Positions 7,608 through 16,391 of a stretch of DNA of 17,392 bases are shown here, piece after piece. The DNA comes from Spirulina sp. (lineage in GTDB: Bacteria; Cyanobacteriota; Cyanobacteriia; Cyanobacteriales; Spirulinaceae), in assembly GCA_051439525.1 (NCBI GenBank), contig JBFRWJ010000253.1, positions 1 to 17,392 of the forward strand, written 5' to 3'. Made by a program: the position numbers and the translations under genes. How positions within the stretch are numbered: position 1 is the first letter of the stretch; each line of letters opens with the position of its first letter. Below the pieces are notes generated by a model. It made no database searches and was not told the DNA's origin. It saw only the letters and a list, made by a program, of their open reading frames with translations.

Positions 7608-8495
7608 CTAAATTTCAGCGTAAGCGCGATCGATGATATGTTTGGCGATGGTTTGCGTTCCCGTATGCTCGTAATAATTTGTTGTCATATCGAGAAAAGC
7701 GGCCAAATAATCGAGCTTATCATCGGCAATTTCAACGTATTTCCCCAACTGTCCGGTAATGCCTTCGACGCTCAACCCTTTAGACTCGACAAAGTCATTC
7801 ATCCATCCCGTGACCGAACCAAAAGCGTTGCCGACAAATGCCAATTTCCCCCCAGAATCACCCCCCGGAATCATCTCGCCAACTTTACTAAAAGTGGAAT
7901 GTTCCTCCAACTCATTCGCACTCAACCCTTCAATAACTTCTCCGGCTTTTTGGATAAAATCGGGACCTAAAGGAATCATGGCATCAAAGCAGATCAGCGC
8001 AGCCATGCGGATTAGCGATTCGCCGCTATAATCGGCCAAAGACTTGATAAAATCGCCGATATTATCTCCGGGAATGCCGTTGATCGAACAAAACGCCAAT
8101 AACTCGACAACTACCTTCAAGCAGAGATCGATACTCTGAGCTTTATCGGCTTTAGGAGTCAGTTTATTTAAAAAGCCGAGAAAACCGATTTTTTCTCCCA
8201 CTTTATTAGCCAGAGCAGCCGCTCCTAATGCCGTATCGGCATTATCGACGGTTTGATAAAGCCACATGGCCCGTTGATAGCCTTCCGATTTGTCATTGTA
8301 GAGCCAAATCACCCGCTCGCCAATTTGATGAACGAGATCGTCATCATCTTCTCCGGTGACTTGGCGAATCGTGTTTTTAAAACCGACAATATTTTCCCAT
8401 TCTCCCGGAACGATAAAATCGAGAGCATTTAAGGCTTTAACGGTGATGTTCCCCGTGGGAAGATTGTCTACGATTTCATAAAAAGGCTTACTCAT
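7608..8495 (-). CDS. Acidic hypothetical protein of about 295 aa. I do not recognise the family.
   Basis: It is a long ORF. GGAGA lies 6 nt upstream of ATG 8495 (MSKPFYEI). The listed ORF starts 4 codons earlier, at 8507. Confidence 0.6.
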   Translation of the reverse strand: MSKPFYEIVDNLPTGNITVKALNALDFIVPGEWENIVGFKNTIRQVTGEDDDDLVHQIGERVIWLYNDKSEGYQRAMWLYQTVDNADTALGAAALANKVGEKIGFLGFLNKLTPKADKAQSIDLCLKVVVELLAFCSINGIPGDNIGDFIKSLADYSGESLIRMAALICFDAMIPLGPDFIQKAGEVIEGLSANELEEHSTFSKVGEMIPGGDSGGKLAFVGNAFGSVTGWMNDFVESKGLSVEGITGQLGKYVEIADDKLDYLAAFLDMTTNYYEHTGTQTIAKHIIDRAYAEI

Positions 8496-8536
8496 TGTTG
8501 TCTCCAATATTGGTGATTTGTTTGCGCAATTTCATG

Positions 8537-9607
8537 TTACTTGACTAATCCAGCCAAGCCGGAAAGATTGAATTTTTTCAACCAATCTTTGCGATCGCTT
8601 TCGCTAAAGGCAGCATCCCGAGAGAGGACTTTCACTTGCAAGCGGTCTTCTACGAGGACTCCCGTTCCTTTTTTACCTTGTTTGGCGACGGGATAGCCTT
8701 GAATTTTTTCCTGGCTATCGGCATATTTGTTTGCCGAAGCCGGGGTGCTGACAATATCGGAAACCGAGAGGACAGCGACTTCTTTCCCGCGTTGTTTTAG
8801 TTTCGCCTGAGCAAATCCTTGCTTCTCTTGAGCGAAAACAACATCGTAACCGCTCCCCGGTTTGGGGAAGAATTTGTTAAATTGCGAACCTTGAATGGCT
8901 TCTTTGGCAACGGCAGTGGCTTTGCGCTTGCTGCTTTCTCGTTGCGCCTCTTTAAATTCTTGCTTGGTTTCCCGCTTGGTTTGTCGGTTTGGAGCCGTGT
9001 TGGCGGGTTTGGCGAGGTTTTGTAAACCGACGAGATCGAATTTTTCCAATAACGCCTCGCGATCGCTTTCGCTAAAGGCGGCATCCCGAGACAGGACTTT
9101 CACCTGAAAGCGATCGCTCACGAGAACGCCAGTCCCTTTGTTCCCCTGACTGGCTGAGGGAAATCCTTTAATTTGGCTCGTGCTGTTGGCATATTTTTGC
9201 GCAGCCGCAGGGTTGCTCACCGTATCGGCAATCGACATGACGGCTAACTCCTTACCGCCTTTTTTCCACTTTGCTTGGGCCAGTCCCGTTTTCTCTTGGG
9301 TATAGACGACATCGTAGCCATTACCGGGTTTGGGGAAAAACTTATTAAACTTTGCCCCCAGGATGGCATTCTCCGCAACAGCACTCGCTCCTCGCTTGCT
9401 GCTTTCTTTTTGAATTTGTTTGAGGGTTTTCTGAGGAGTACCTTCGGTGCTTTCTGGGGTTGGAGTCGTCGTGGTGACATCTTCCTGACGGCTTTCTCGA
9501 TCTGCCTGTGCGAACTCCGACGGCGTTGAGGACGAACAAGCGGTAAAGCCAAACACGGCTAGCAGAATAAAGATCGCGAATATCTTCTTGAATTTAAACA
9601 AGAGCAT
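8537..9607 (-). CDS. Lipoprotein with two tandem domain repeats of about 140 aa
   Basis: GGAGGG lies 4-9 nt upstream of ATG 9607. The signal peptide MLLFKFKKIFAIFILLAVFGFTAC ends in a lipobox cysteine. The two halves are clearly paralogous (FNKFFPKPG[NS]GYDVV...KGTGVL[VE]DR[FL]QVKVLSRDAAFSESDR in each). Confidence 0.75.
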   Translation of the reverse strand: MLLFKFKKIFAIFILLAVFGFTACSSSTPSEFAQADRESRQEDVTTTTPTPESTEGTPQKTLKQIQKESSKRGASAVAENAILGAKFNKFFPKPGNGYDVVYTQEKTGLAQAKWKKGGKELAVMSIADTVSNPAAAQKYANSTSQIKGFPSASQGNKGTGVLVSDRFQVKVLSRDAAFSESDREALLEKFDLVGLQNLAKPANTAPNRQTKRETKQEFKEAQRESSKRKATAVAKEAIQGSQFNKFFPKPGSGYDVVFAQEKQGFAQAKLKQRGKEVAVLSVSDIVSTPASANKYADSQEKIQGYPVAKQGKKGTGVLVEDRLQVKVLSRDAAFSESDRKDWLKKFNLSGLAGLVK

Positions 9608-9760
9608 CTTCCCTCCGTCAAAATTGGACTCAGTTCCCATTGTGGCTTGCAATTTTCAGATTAACGCAATCCTTAACTTTCCTTTACTGGGGATTGCAGA
9701 GGGCGAAAAAGAGAGTAAAAGGGAAAAATAGTCTTGCACGTTCGAGAAACCGAAAAAATA

Positions 9761-11020
9761 ATGCGGATTTTACTTTATTCCTACAATTACTATCCGGAAC
9801 CCATCGGCATTGCTCCCCTGATGACAGAATTGGCGGAGGGTTTGGTCAAACGCGGCCATGAGGTGCGGGTAGTGACGGCAGTGCCTTGGTATCCTAAAAG
9901 TGAGATTTACGAGGAATATCGCGGTCTTATGTATCTTGCCGAAGAACGGAATGGAGTCATTATTCAGAGGTGCTACGTGCGATCGAGTCCGAAGCGAACG
10001 TTTTTCAATCGCGCTTTATTTGAACTCAGTTTTATGGTTTTGAGCTTTTTTCAGGCTTTATTGGGCAAATACAATCAACGACCGGATATTTTAATCTTAA
10101 CGGTGCCGGGGTTGCCCGTAGGCATTCCCGCCTCCATTCTCGGTTGGATTTATAACTGTCCGACGATTTTAAATTTACAAGATATTTTACCCGATGCGGC
10201 GGTTCATGTGGGTTTATTAACGTCTAAAATTGCCATTAAAATTTTTACCCAATTAGAGAAGTATAATTATCGCACGGCGACGAATATTTCGGTGATTTCC
10301 CAAGGATTTACGGAGAATTTATTGGGGAAGGGCGTTCCGGCGGAAAAAATTACTCTGATTCCCAATTGGGTAGATGTGGACTTTATTCGACCTTTATCGA
10401 AAGAGGATAACGATTTTCGCCGCGAGAATGGGTTGGCGGGGAAATTTATTGTTTTATATTCGGGGAATATTGCTTTAACCCAAGGATTGGAAACCGCGAT
10501 CGATGCCGCAGGATATTTACAAGATATTCCCGAACTGGCTCTGGCGATCGTGGGGGATGAAAGGGCTTTAGAAAGACTGCAAGAATATTGTCGGCAAAAA
10601 GGCGTTAATAATGTCATCTTGCGACCGTTTCAACCGCGAGAAAAATTATCGGAAATGCTCTCGGCGGCAGATGTTGGTTTGGTGATCCAAAAAAGGAATG
10701 TGATTTCCTTTAATATGCCGTCTAAAATTCAGGTTTTACTGGCAAGCGGTCGAGCGATTATTGGCTCGGTTCCCAATACGGGGACGGCAGCAAAAGCGAT
10801 TCGAGAGAGTGGGGGAGGAATTGTTATTCCCCCGGAAGATCCCCAAGCTCTAGCCGAGGCCATTCGGGATTTATATGGCGATCGCGAACGGGTGAAACGG
10901 TTGGGAGAAGCCAGTCGCCAGCACGCGATCGCGAATTATGCTTTTTCTACGGCTTTGGATCGCTACGAGGCGTTATTCGCTAAGCTCTTATCTGAGAGAC
11001 GGCAAAAGAGAGGAAAATAG
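9761..11020 (+). CDS. Glycosyltransferase, family 4 (WcaI-like)
   Basis: MRILLYSYNYYPEPIGIAPL is a GT4 N-terminus. The C-terminal half shows a GT-B fold (E-x7-E region). The start is most likely at 9761 rather than the listed 9734. Confidence 0.8.
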   Translation: MRILLYSYNYYPEPIGIAPLMTELAEGLVKRGHEVRVVTAVPWYPKSEIYEEYRGLMYLAEERNGVIIQRCYVRSSPKRTFFNRALFELSFMVLSFFQALLGKYNQRPDILILTVPGLPVGIPASILGWIYNCPTILNLQDILPDAAVHVGLLTSKIAIKIFTQLEKYNYRTATNISVISQGFTENLLGKGVPAEKITLIPNWVDVDFIRPLSKEDNDFRRENGLAGKFIVLYSGNIALTQGLETAIDAAGYLQDIPELALAIVGDERALERLQEYCRQKGVNNVILRPFQPREKLSEMLSAADVGLVIQKRNVISFNMPSKIQVLLASGRAIIGSVPNTGTAAKAIRESGGGIVIPPEDPQALAEAIRDLYGDRERVKRLGEASRQHAIANYAFSTALDRYEALFAKLLSERRQKRGK

Positions 11021-11034
11021 AAGAGAATGGCTTC

Positions 11035-11343
11035 TTAATGCGCTCGGTAGGCTTTCGGGGTCATGCCCGTACATTGTCGAAACTGTTTGCTGAGATGGCT
11101 GTGGCTGTTGAACCCGCACTCTAAGGCGATGTCTACAATTAGGCGATCGCTTTGTTTTAACAACAGCTTTGCCCGTTCTACCCGTTGCTGGATCAGGTAT
11201 TGATAAGGAGAGATGCCCAAGGATTGTTTAAAGAGACGAATAAAATGAAATTAGCTCATGTCTAACAATTGAGCTAAATTTTCCAGTTTAATCTCTCGAT
11301 CTAAATAACGCGCTTTTGTTCTTTTGCCTATTGCAATTGTTCG
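11035..11343 (-). pseudogene. AraC-family transcription factor remnant. Only the C-terminal double HTH is present, with an in-frame TAA.
   Basis: The minus-frame translation is KARYLDREIKLENLAQLLDMS*FHFIRLFKQSLGISPYQYLIQQRVERAKLLLKQSDRLIVDIALECGFNSHSHLSKQFRQCTGMTPKAYRAH. The region upstream of it has stop codons in all frames. Confidence 0.7.
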
Positions 11344-11468
11344 GGATCGGAGCGACTGAGATTATTAGCTTATGCTGTTGTAATGACATCGATCGCAGCG
11401 TTTCTCAAGGCTTTAACAAAAGAACGTTCGAGAATATCTTCATCTAAATAAAATTTCATTTGACTCAT
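11299..11468 (-). pseudogene. DUF5615 (PIN-like toxin partner of DUF433) remnant. It has three in-frame stops and is truncated by the AraC fragment.
   Basis: The translation is MSQMKFYLDEDILERSFVKALRNAAIDVITTA*ANNLSRSDPEQLQ*AKEQKRVI*. Its start overlaps the DUF433 stop as ATGA. Confidence 0.65.
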
Positions 11469-11767
11469 ATCGAGCGACCTATTTTCGCTTCTGCGGCTAA
11501 GCGATCGTATTCGGTTTCCTCCGCCAAAATATCTGCCTCAATTCGTTCTCGGTTGACATAAAAATAAGCAAGAGCAGCATGAACTTGTGCTAGATTGAGG
11601 TGAGGTATTTCTGCTACAATTTTCTTAGCCGTCATTCCCATTTTATACCAAGTCGCAATGCGTTGAACGGTAATTCGAGTTTCATTAATACGAGGACGAC
11701 CTCCACAAATATCTGGAGTAGTCACAATTAATGTTCCAATATCAATAAGCGTTTTTGTCATCGTCAT
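11465..11767 (-). CDS. DUF433 protein (HTH antitoxin-like partner of DUF5615)
   Basis: The 100-aa ORF has CGGRPRINETRITVQRI...GMTAKKIVAEIPHLNLAQVHAALAYF, the DUF433 signature. Confidence 0.75.
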   Translation of the reverse strand: MTMTKTLIDIGTLIVTTPDICGGRPRINETRITVQRIATWYKMGMTAKKIVAEIPHLNLAQVHAALAYFYVNRERIEADILAEETEYDRLAAEAKIGRSI

Positions 11768-11888
11768 AATTTGAGAAGATTTGATTTCTGCTTTCCATTA
11801 GAATCAAAAATTAACCAGTTTCCAATCGGCATAAAAAATATTCAAACCGATAGAAAAGCGATCGCGCAAGCAACGAATTTATGATATT

Positions 11889-12236
11889 ATGAAGATCGAT
11901 GCAAACAAATCAAAAATAATGACGCAAACCAACTCCAAACAAAAACCGAGATATGGGAGAGTGTTTCCCGAAAAACGTCTCTCGCCAGAAGAAATCGAAA
12001 AACGCAGAGCAGAAGATAAAATTTTTGCAGAAAGATGTCACATTATTTTCGATCGCGTCAAACCCGAATTAATCCAAGACTATTACGATTGGTTTATTCT
12101 CATTGAACCCGATAGCGGTGATTATTTCATCGATCGCGAAAAAACAAGAGCTCGGGAAAAAGCACACGAAAAACATCCCAATAAAAAATGTCTGATTATG
12201 CAAATCAATGAAACTGGAGCTTGTGGTAGAATATGA
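11889..12236 (+). CDS. Small basic hypothetical protein (A1). It is the upstream partner of the retropepsin-like protease.
   Basis: The 115-aa ORF's stop overlaps the protease start as ATGA. A paralog lies at 12682-13032. Confidence 0.7.
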   Translation: MKIDANKSKIMTQTNSKQKPRYGRVFPEKRLSPEEIEKRRAEDKIFAERCHIIFDRVKPELIQDYYDWFILIEPDSGDYFIDREKTRAREKAHEKHPNKKCLIMQINETGACGRI

Positions 12237-12598
12237 TTGAAGGAGAATTTAATAGTCGAGGAGAATTATTTTTTGAGATTGATTTAATCCCTGAAGATGG
12301 AGATAGTATTCCAGTAATGGCACTTCTCGATACTGGGTTTACAGGCTGGATTGCACTCGATCGCCAAGATGCTGATAGTCTAGGATGGATTCTTACTAGC
12401 GACCCTCAAGAAATGCAAACTGCAGCAGGAATTGAGCGATTTAGCTTATATCAAGGGAAAGTCGCGATTGATGGGGAAGAATTTACAATTGAAGTGTTAG
12501 GAGGAGACCACCTCAACAATCTTCTTTTGGGTTTGCAGTGGCTGCGATCGCGAAAATTAATTGTAGATTATCCTCGAGGAATTCTGACTCTAGGTTAA
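12233..12598 (+). CDS. Clan AA (retropepsin-like) aspartyl protease, DTGF type (P1)
   Basis: The active-site motif is ALLDTGFTGW. The protein is about 120 aa. The hydrophobic-G-D-like C-terminal segment LLGLQWL matches TIGR03698-type bacterial/archaeal retropepsins. Confidence 0.75.
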   Translation: MIEGEFNSRGELFFEIDLIPEDGDSIPVMALLDTGFTGWIALDRQDADSLGWILTSDPQEMQTAAGIERFSLYQGKVAIDGEEFTIEVLGGDHLNNLLLGLQWLRSRKLIVDYPRGILTLG

Positions 12599-12681
12599 AA
12601 AAAATGAAACGCGATCGCGATGATTTGGTGAGAAAATAAAGATTAATACAAATGCGATCGCGAAAGAAACGAATTGATTAT

Positions 12682-13032
12682 ATAATGAAGATCGATGCCA
12701 ACGAATCAAAAATAATGACGCAAACCAACTCCAAACAAAAACCGAGATATGGGAGAGTGTTTCCCGAAAAACGCCTTTCGCCAGAAGAACTAGAAAGACG
12801 AAAAGCAGAGAGCGATCTGTTCCTAAAACGCTGCCATATTATTTTCGATCGCGTACAACCCGAACTGCTCGAAGAACATTACGACTGGTTTATTATCATC
12901 GAACCCGATAGCGGTGATTATTTTATCGATCCCGACGAACAAATTGCCAGAGCAAAAGCCCAAGAAAAACACCCCGAGCGCAAACGTTTAATTATGCGAA
13001 TTAATGAAACAGGAGCTTGCGGACGAATATGA
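12682..13032 (+). CDS. Small basic hypothetical protein (A2), paralog of A1
   Basis: It is about 75% identical to A1. The duplicated upstream 35 bp place the start at 12682, not at the listed 12652. Confidence 0.7.
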   Translation: MMKIDANESKIMTQTNSKQKPRYGRVFPEKRLSPEELERRKAESDLFLKRCHIIFDRVQPELLEEHYDWFIIIEPDSGDYFIDPDEQIARAKAQEKHPERKRLIMRINETGACGRI

Positions 13033-13397
13033 TTGAAGGAGAATTTAATAGTCGAGGAGAATTATTTTTTGAAATTGGCTTAATTTCAGCCGATGGCGAT
13101 CTTTTTCCGGCAATGGCATTACTCGATACAGGATTTACCGGTTGGGTTGCTCTCGATAACCAAGATATAGAAAGTTTGGGTTGGCAACTTGCCGACAATG
13201 CAACGCGAGATATGCAAACAGCCGCAGGAGAAAGCGAATTTTTTCTCTATCGCGGTAATCTACAAATTGATGGGGAAGAATTTACGATTGAAGCCTTGGG
13301 AGGAGACAACTTAAACAATGTTCTTTTGGGTTTGCAGTGGCTGAGAACGCGAAAATTAATTGTAGATTATCCCCAAAGAATTCTAACTCTGGGTTAA
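13029..13397 (+). CDS. Clan AA retropepsin-like aspartyl protease, DTGF type (P2), paralog of P1
   Basis: It has the motif ALLDTGFTGW. It has the same ATGA coupling to A2 (GRI* / MIEGEF). Confidence 0.75.
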   Translation: MIEGEFNSRGELFFEIGLISADGDLFPAMALLDTGFTGWVALDNQDIESLGWQLADNATRDMQTAAGESEFFLYRGNLQIDGEEFTIEALGGDNLNNVLLGLQWLRTRKLIVDYPQRILTLG

Positions 13398-13422
13398 AAA
13401 ATATTAAATCGCTTTGATAATG

Positions 13423-13492
13423 TTTTCGATCGCGTCAAACCCGAATTAATCCAAAATTATGACGATTGGTTTATTCTCATTGAACCCGATAG
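13423..13492 (+). pseudogene. Relic of a third A-type gene. It is a 70-bp fragment corresponding to the middle of A1.
   Basis: The fragment ttttcgatcgcgtcaaacccgaattaatccaa...gattggtttattctcattgaacccgatag is about 94% identical to 12047-12116. It has no start codon. Confidence 0.6.
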
Positions 13493-13507
13493 TTTTTTAA
13501 GAATTGA

Positions 13508-13533
13508 GGTGCGTTACGTTCCACTAACGCACC
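13508..13533. other. Hairpin with a perfect 9-bp stem (GGTGCGTTA / TAACGCACC) and an 8-nt loop, between the convergent protease module and the MVP gene
   Basis: Read from the sequence. It lacks a following U-run on either strand, so I do not call it a terminator with confidence. Confidence 0.4.
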
Positions 13534-13673
13534 CTACTGGACTATTTCAGCTAATTTAGTGCTTTAGAAAATTGAGTTTGTATTCGCTTTTCAAGGCTTT
13601 TACCCAAAATCTATTGCCCTATTTTAGTCGAAACAGTCCACTACGTGAATTTAAGCGATCGCGTCGAGAAAGA

Positions 13674-16280
13674 TTAAAACTCAGTGTCTTCTTCAGCTTT
13701 CGGTTGTACGATCAACCCATTCGCTGCACTAAACAAATTGATGGGATTTTTGCCATCGGTAATGAGCATACTTTGAATCCCCAAACCTTCCAATAATCGC
13801 GCTTGCATTTCCGGGCCCGCTTGCGCGATCGCGCGGATCGTTTCCGGTCCGATCGCTTCGACTTTCTGACGGTATTCTTCTGCCATAATTTCCGCCATAG
13901 CTCGAGATTTTTCCACCTCCAATTCATTCAAGGCTTGTTGATGGGCTAATTCCGCTTCCTGACGGGCTCTCAATTGCGTTAATTCTGCCTCAGCTCGAAT
14001 GCGTGCGGCTTCTGCTTCTTGCTGTGCCAAATTAACCGCTAATTGCCCTTCAATTTGTGCGGCTTCTGCCTTAGCTCTTGCCTGTGCGGTTGCCGTTCCT
14101 GATGCTTCAATTGAAGCATTTTCTGCTTGTAATTCTAGCAAATTTTTCCGCTCTGTTTCTGCCAGACCGCGATCGACAATTACCTGACGTTCCAATCTTG
14201 CTTTCGCCTCTTGTTCGATGCGATCGGCATCCCGTCGTGCCGCCGCTTCTTGGGCATCTGTTGTAATTTGAATCGCCAATTGTACGGATTTTTGTAGACT
14301 TTTTAAGGTTTCCGCATCGATGGGTTCGACGGTTTGAATATCCACATTGGTAATCACTAATTGATTAGCACTCATCCGGAACTCATCCCGAATGCGTCCT
14401 TGTTCATCCTGTCCAAAAACCGCCTGACGAATAATTCTCGCCGAATTGCGGTGAAATTCATCAAATTGAACCCCTGCAACTGCCCCTCGCACTCGAGATG
14501 CTACAGCCTTGCATACCGCCCCGACAAAATCCGGCACCTGAAACAATCGTGCCGCCGCTTGTTCGTCATGGCGATCGACATCAAAAAACCAGTTATAAGA
14601 CAGTTGCAACTGCAAGCGGGCGTGATCTGATGTTTCCACCGAAAAAATATCCGTCATAAAGTCTGGACCTAATAATAAAGCCAGAGATTTAATGACATTT
14701 GGAAGTTTGGGCTTTCCTCCTGATAAACTCAACACCGTAAAGGCTTCATCGGGTCCCAACATAACCAAATCGGGGCCGAATACCGTCCGCGCCGTTCTGT
14801 CTTTATAATCGTGAATTTGTACCGCCGCGTTTTGGGGAACGTGAAAAACCACCGCCCGAGTTTTATCTCGTTTTACGGGGCGAACTTTGGGCGGTTCGGA
14901 GCCTTCATCATGATGGCGACCGCGATCGCTAATGGGATCGCGGTTTTGTCCTAATAATTCCTCGACGACGGGGGGTAATTCTTTCGCCCACAATTCCTCA
15001 TAAGGACTCAATAAATACGCTTGCGGACCGCTTACGAGTTTTAATTCTCCGGTTTGGATATCCCGCACGTAAATGCCTTCATTTTTATCTAAAGGAATGG
15101 CGCGCCGTCGTTCTTTCACTTCCACTTCTACGGGAGGAATATAGTCCCTCGGTCCGACAATCGACCATAAATCTCCGGGTTGGCGAATGGTTTCATCGGC
15201 TTCGATAAACTCTTCTCTCGCCCGCAATAATAAGGCTTCTTGTTCCCCTAAAACATAAACTTCTTCGATCCCGCTTTCTAAAGATTCTCCCGGATGTAAG
15301 AAAAAAGAAGTGCGTCCCTGACGAATTTCCTGCAATCCCAATTGAGGTTTTCCCTCCCCATCAATGGGATCGACAACGATACACCATTCGCGATCGCTTA
15401 GAGTCGTAATTTCTACTTCTCCCACGACTTCTTCATAAACATCGGGAATGTGAATTTCTGCATCTTCAAACGTGACCAACCATTCATCTCCTGCCTTGCG
15501 CTGTCGTCCGAAAATGTCGTTAAAGGTGCGTTTCGCTTTTAAGTGAATAGCTTTTTGTTCGGTGAGAATATAGGCATCAATGATGTCTTGGACTTCTTCA
15601 TCGACCCCAGGTAAATACGCCCCTTCCTCTCTCACTAACCATTCTTCTCCCGCCCGGCGAGGGATGTCGTTGCGATCGCGGCAATTCTGTCTCGCTGATA
15701 ACCGCAAGGCTTGATTGGGCTTAATGGTAATGGCTTTCACGGTTTCCACCACCACCACTTCCACGCGAGGGATATAAGTGCCGGGTCCTTCAAATAACCA
15801 CTCATCCCCCGCTTGACGGGCGATCGTTTCTTCTTCTTCATCCACAACGAGAGTTTCGCTAAAATCGCGAATAGCACGCAAGCGCACGGCTTCATTCGTC
15901 TCCACCACCGAAAGCCGCGTCACCGCACTTGCCATTTCTTCTCCCGGATACAAAGGAAAGGGATCTTGAGCAAAACGAACCTCTTCATCCCCGTAATGCA
16001 GGCGAATCTGTCCGTAATTATCGGCGATCGGTTCCCCTTCCCCATCCCGCATGACGGGGTTGGCAACGAGGCAATAATGACGGGGCGGTACAATAATCAT
16101 GGGAGTTGGTTTAAGTACCAATCGCTCTGCATCTCCGAGAGTGAGAGTCTGAGGTCCCACTTCCAAGCGAGTTACTCCGGTATTGTTATCGAGAATGTGA
16201 ACGAATTGCTGGGGTTTGAGGCGAATTACGCCACTGGAAACGCTGGGGGCTTCATTTTTGGCAGAGATGTCGGATTTCAT
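13674..16280 (-). CDS. Major vault protein (MVP) homolog. It has the N-terminal MVP repeat domains, the SPFH-like shoulder, the cap-helix coiled coil and the cap-ring. The longest ORF extends to ATG 16406, but I prefer ATG 16280 (MKSDISAK...).
   Basis: Colinear similarity to eukaryotic MVP over the whole length. I estimate about 50% identity to human MVP from memory. Matching blocks include FVHILDNNTGVTRLEVGP, VPPRHYCLVANPV, FAQDPFPLYPGE, AGDEWLFEGPGTYIP, IPLDKNEGIYVRD, NAAVQIHDYKDRTARTVFGP, GPDFMTDIFSVETSDHARLQLQLSYNW, SRVRGAVAGVQFDEFHRNSARIIRQAVFG, and EAIGPETIRAIAQAGPEMQ...LITDGKNPINLF. Confidence 0.9.
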   Translation of the reverse strand: MKSDISAKNEAPSVSSGVIRLKPQQFVHILDNNTGVTRLEVGPQTLTLGDAERLVLKPTPMIIVPPRHYCLVANPVMRDGEGEPIADNYGQIRLHYGDEEVRFAQDPFPLYPGEEMASAVTRLSVVETNEAVRLRAIRDFSETLVVDEEEETIARQAGDEWLFEGPGTYIPRVEVVVVETVKAITIKPNQALRLSARQNCRDRNDIPRRAGEEWLVREEGAYLPGVDEEVQDIIDAYILTEQKAIHLKAKRTFNDIFGRQRKAGDEWLVTFEDAEIHIPDVYEEVVGEVEITTLSDREWCIVVDPIDGEGKPQLGLQEIRQGRTSFFLHPGESLESGIEEVYVLGEQEALLLRAREEFIEADETIRQPGDLWSIVGPRDYIPPVEVEVKERRRAIPLDKNEGIYVRDIQTGELKLVSGPQAYLLSPYEELWAKELPPVVEELLGQNRDPISDRGRHHDEGSEPPKVRPVKRDKTRAVVFHVPQNAAVQIHDYKDRTARTVFGPDLVMLGPDEAFTVLSLSGGKPKLPNVIKSLALLLGPDFMTDIFSVETSDHARLQLQLSYNWFFDVDRHDEQAAARLFQVPDFVGAVCKAVASRVRGAVAGVQFDEFHRNSARIIRQAVFGQDEQGRIRDEFRMSANQLVITNVDIQTVEPIDAETLKSLQKSVQLAIQITTDAQEAAARRDADRIEQEAKARLERQVIVDRGLAETERKNLLELQAENASIEASGTATAQARAKAEAAQIEGQLAVNLAQQEAEAARIRAEAELTQLRARQEAELAHQQALNELEVEKSRAMAEIMAEEYRQKVEAIGPETIRAIAQAGPEMQARLLEGLGIQSMLITDGKNPINLFSAANGLIVQPKAEEDTEF

Positions 16281-16311
16281 CGTTCTTCGGGGGTGAGGTG
16301 CGCTATTTTCG

Positions 16312-16317
16312 ATTGTA
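16312..16317 (-). promoter_or_regulatory. Putative -10 box TACAAT for the MVP gene, about 30 nt upstream of ATG 16280
   Basis: The minus strand reads GGCTACAATCGAAAATAGCGCACCTCACCCCCGAAGAACGATG. The -35 is weak (CTGGAC at 17-nt spacing). Confidence 0.3.
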
Positions 16318-16391
16318 GCCTCTGTTTTCGGTACGTCCAGTTTTAAGGGGATAAAGACTCGAATGCAAGCCTCCGCCTTAAGCCGGAGGAA

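Noticed and set aside
10267-10617. 116-aa minus-strand ORF inside the glycosyltransferase gene
   Set aside because: It is antisense to a well-supported GT4 CDS and has no recognisable features.
12652-12681. Longer N-terminus (MRSRKKRIDYI) for A2 from ATG 12652
   Set aside because: The duplicated upstream sequence aligns A2's MKIDANESK with A1's MKIDANKSK start. The extension falls in the duplicated promoter and leader region.
13508-13533. Hairpin as a rho-independent terminator for the MVP or protease genes
   Set aside because: The 9-bp stem is perfect, but no U-tract follows it on either strand. I kept it as a structural feature only.
15813-16346. 177-aa plus-strand ORF antisense to the MVP gene, and the other short plus-strand ORFs at 13999-14630
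   Set aside because: They fall entirely inside the strongly supported MVP coding region on the opposite strand. Their composition is unconvincing.
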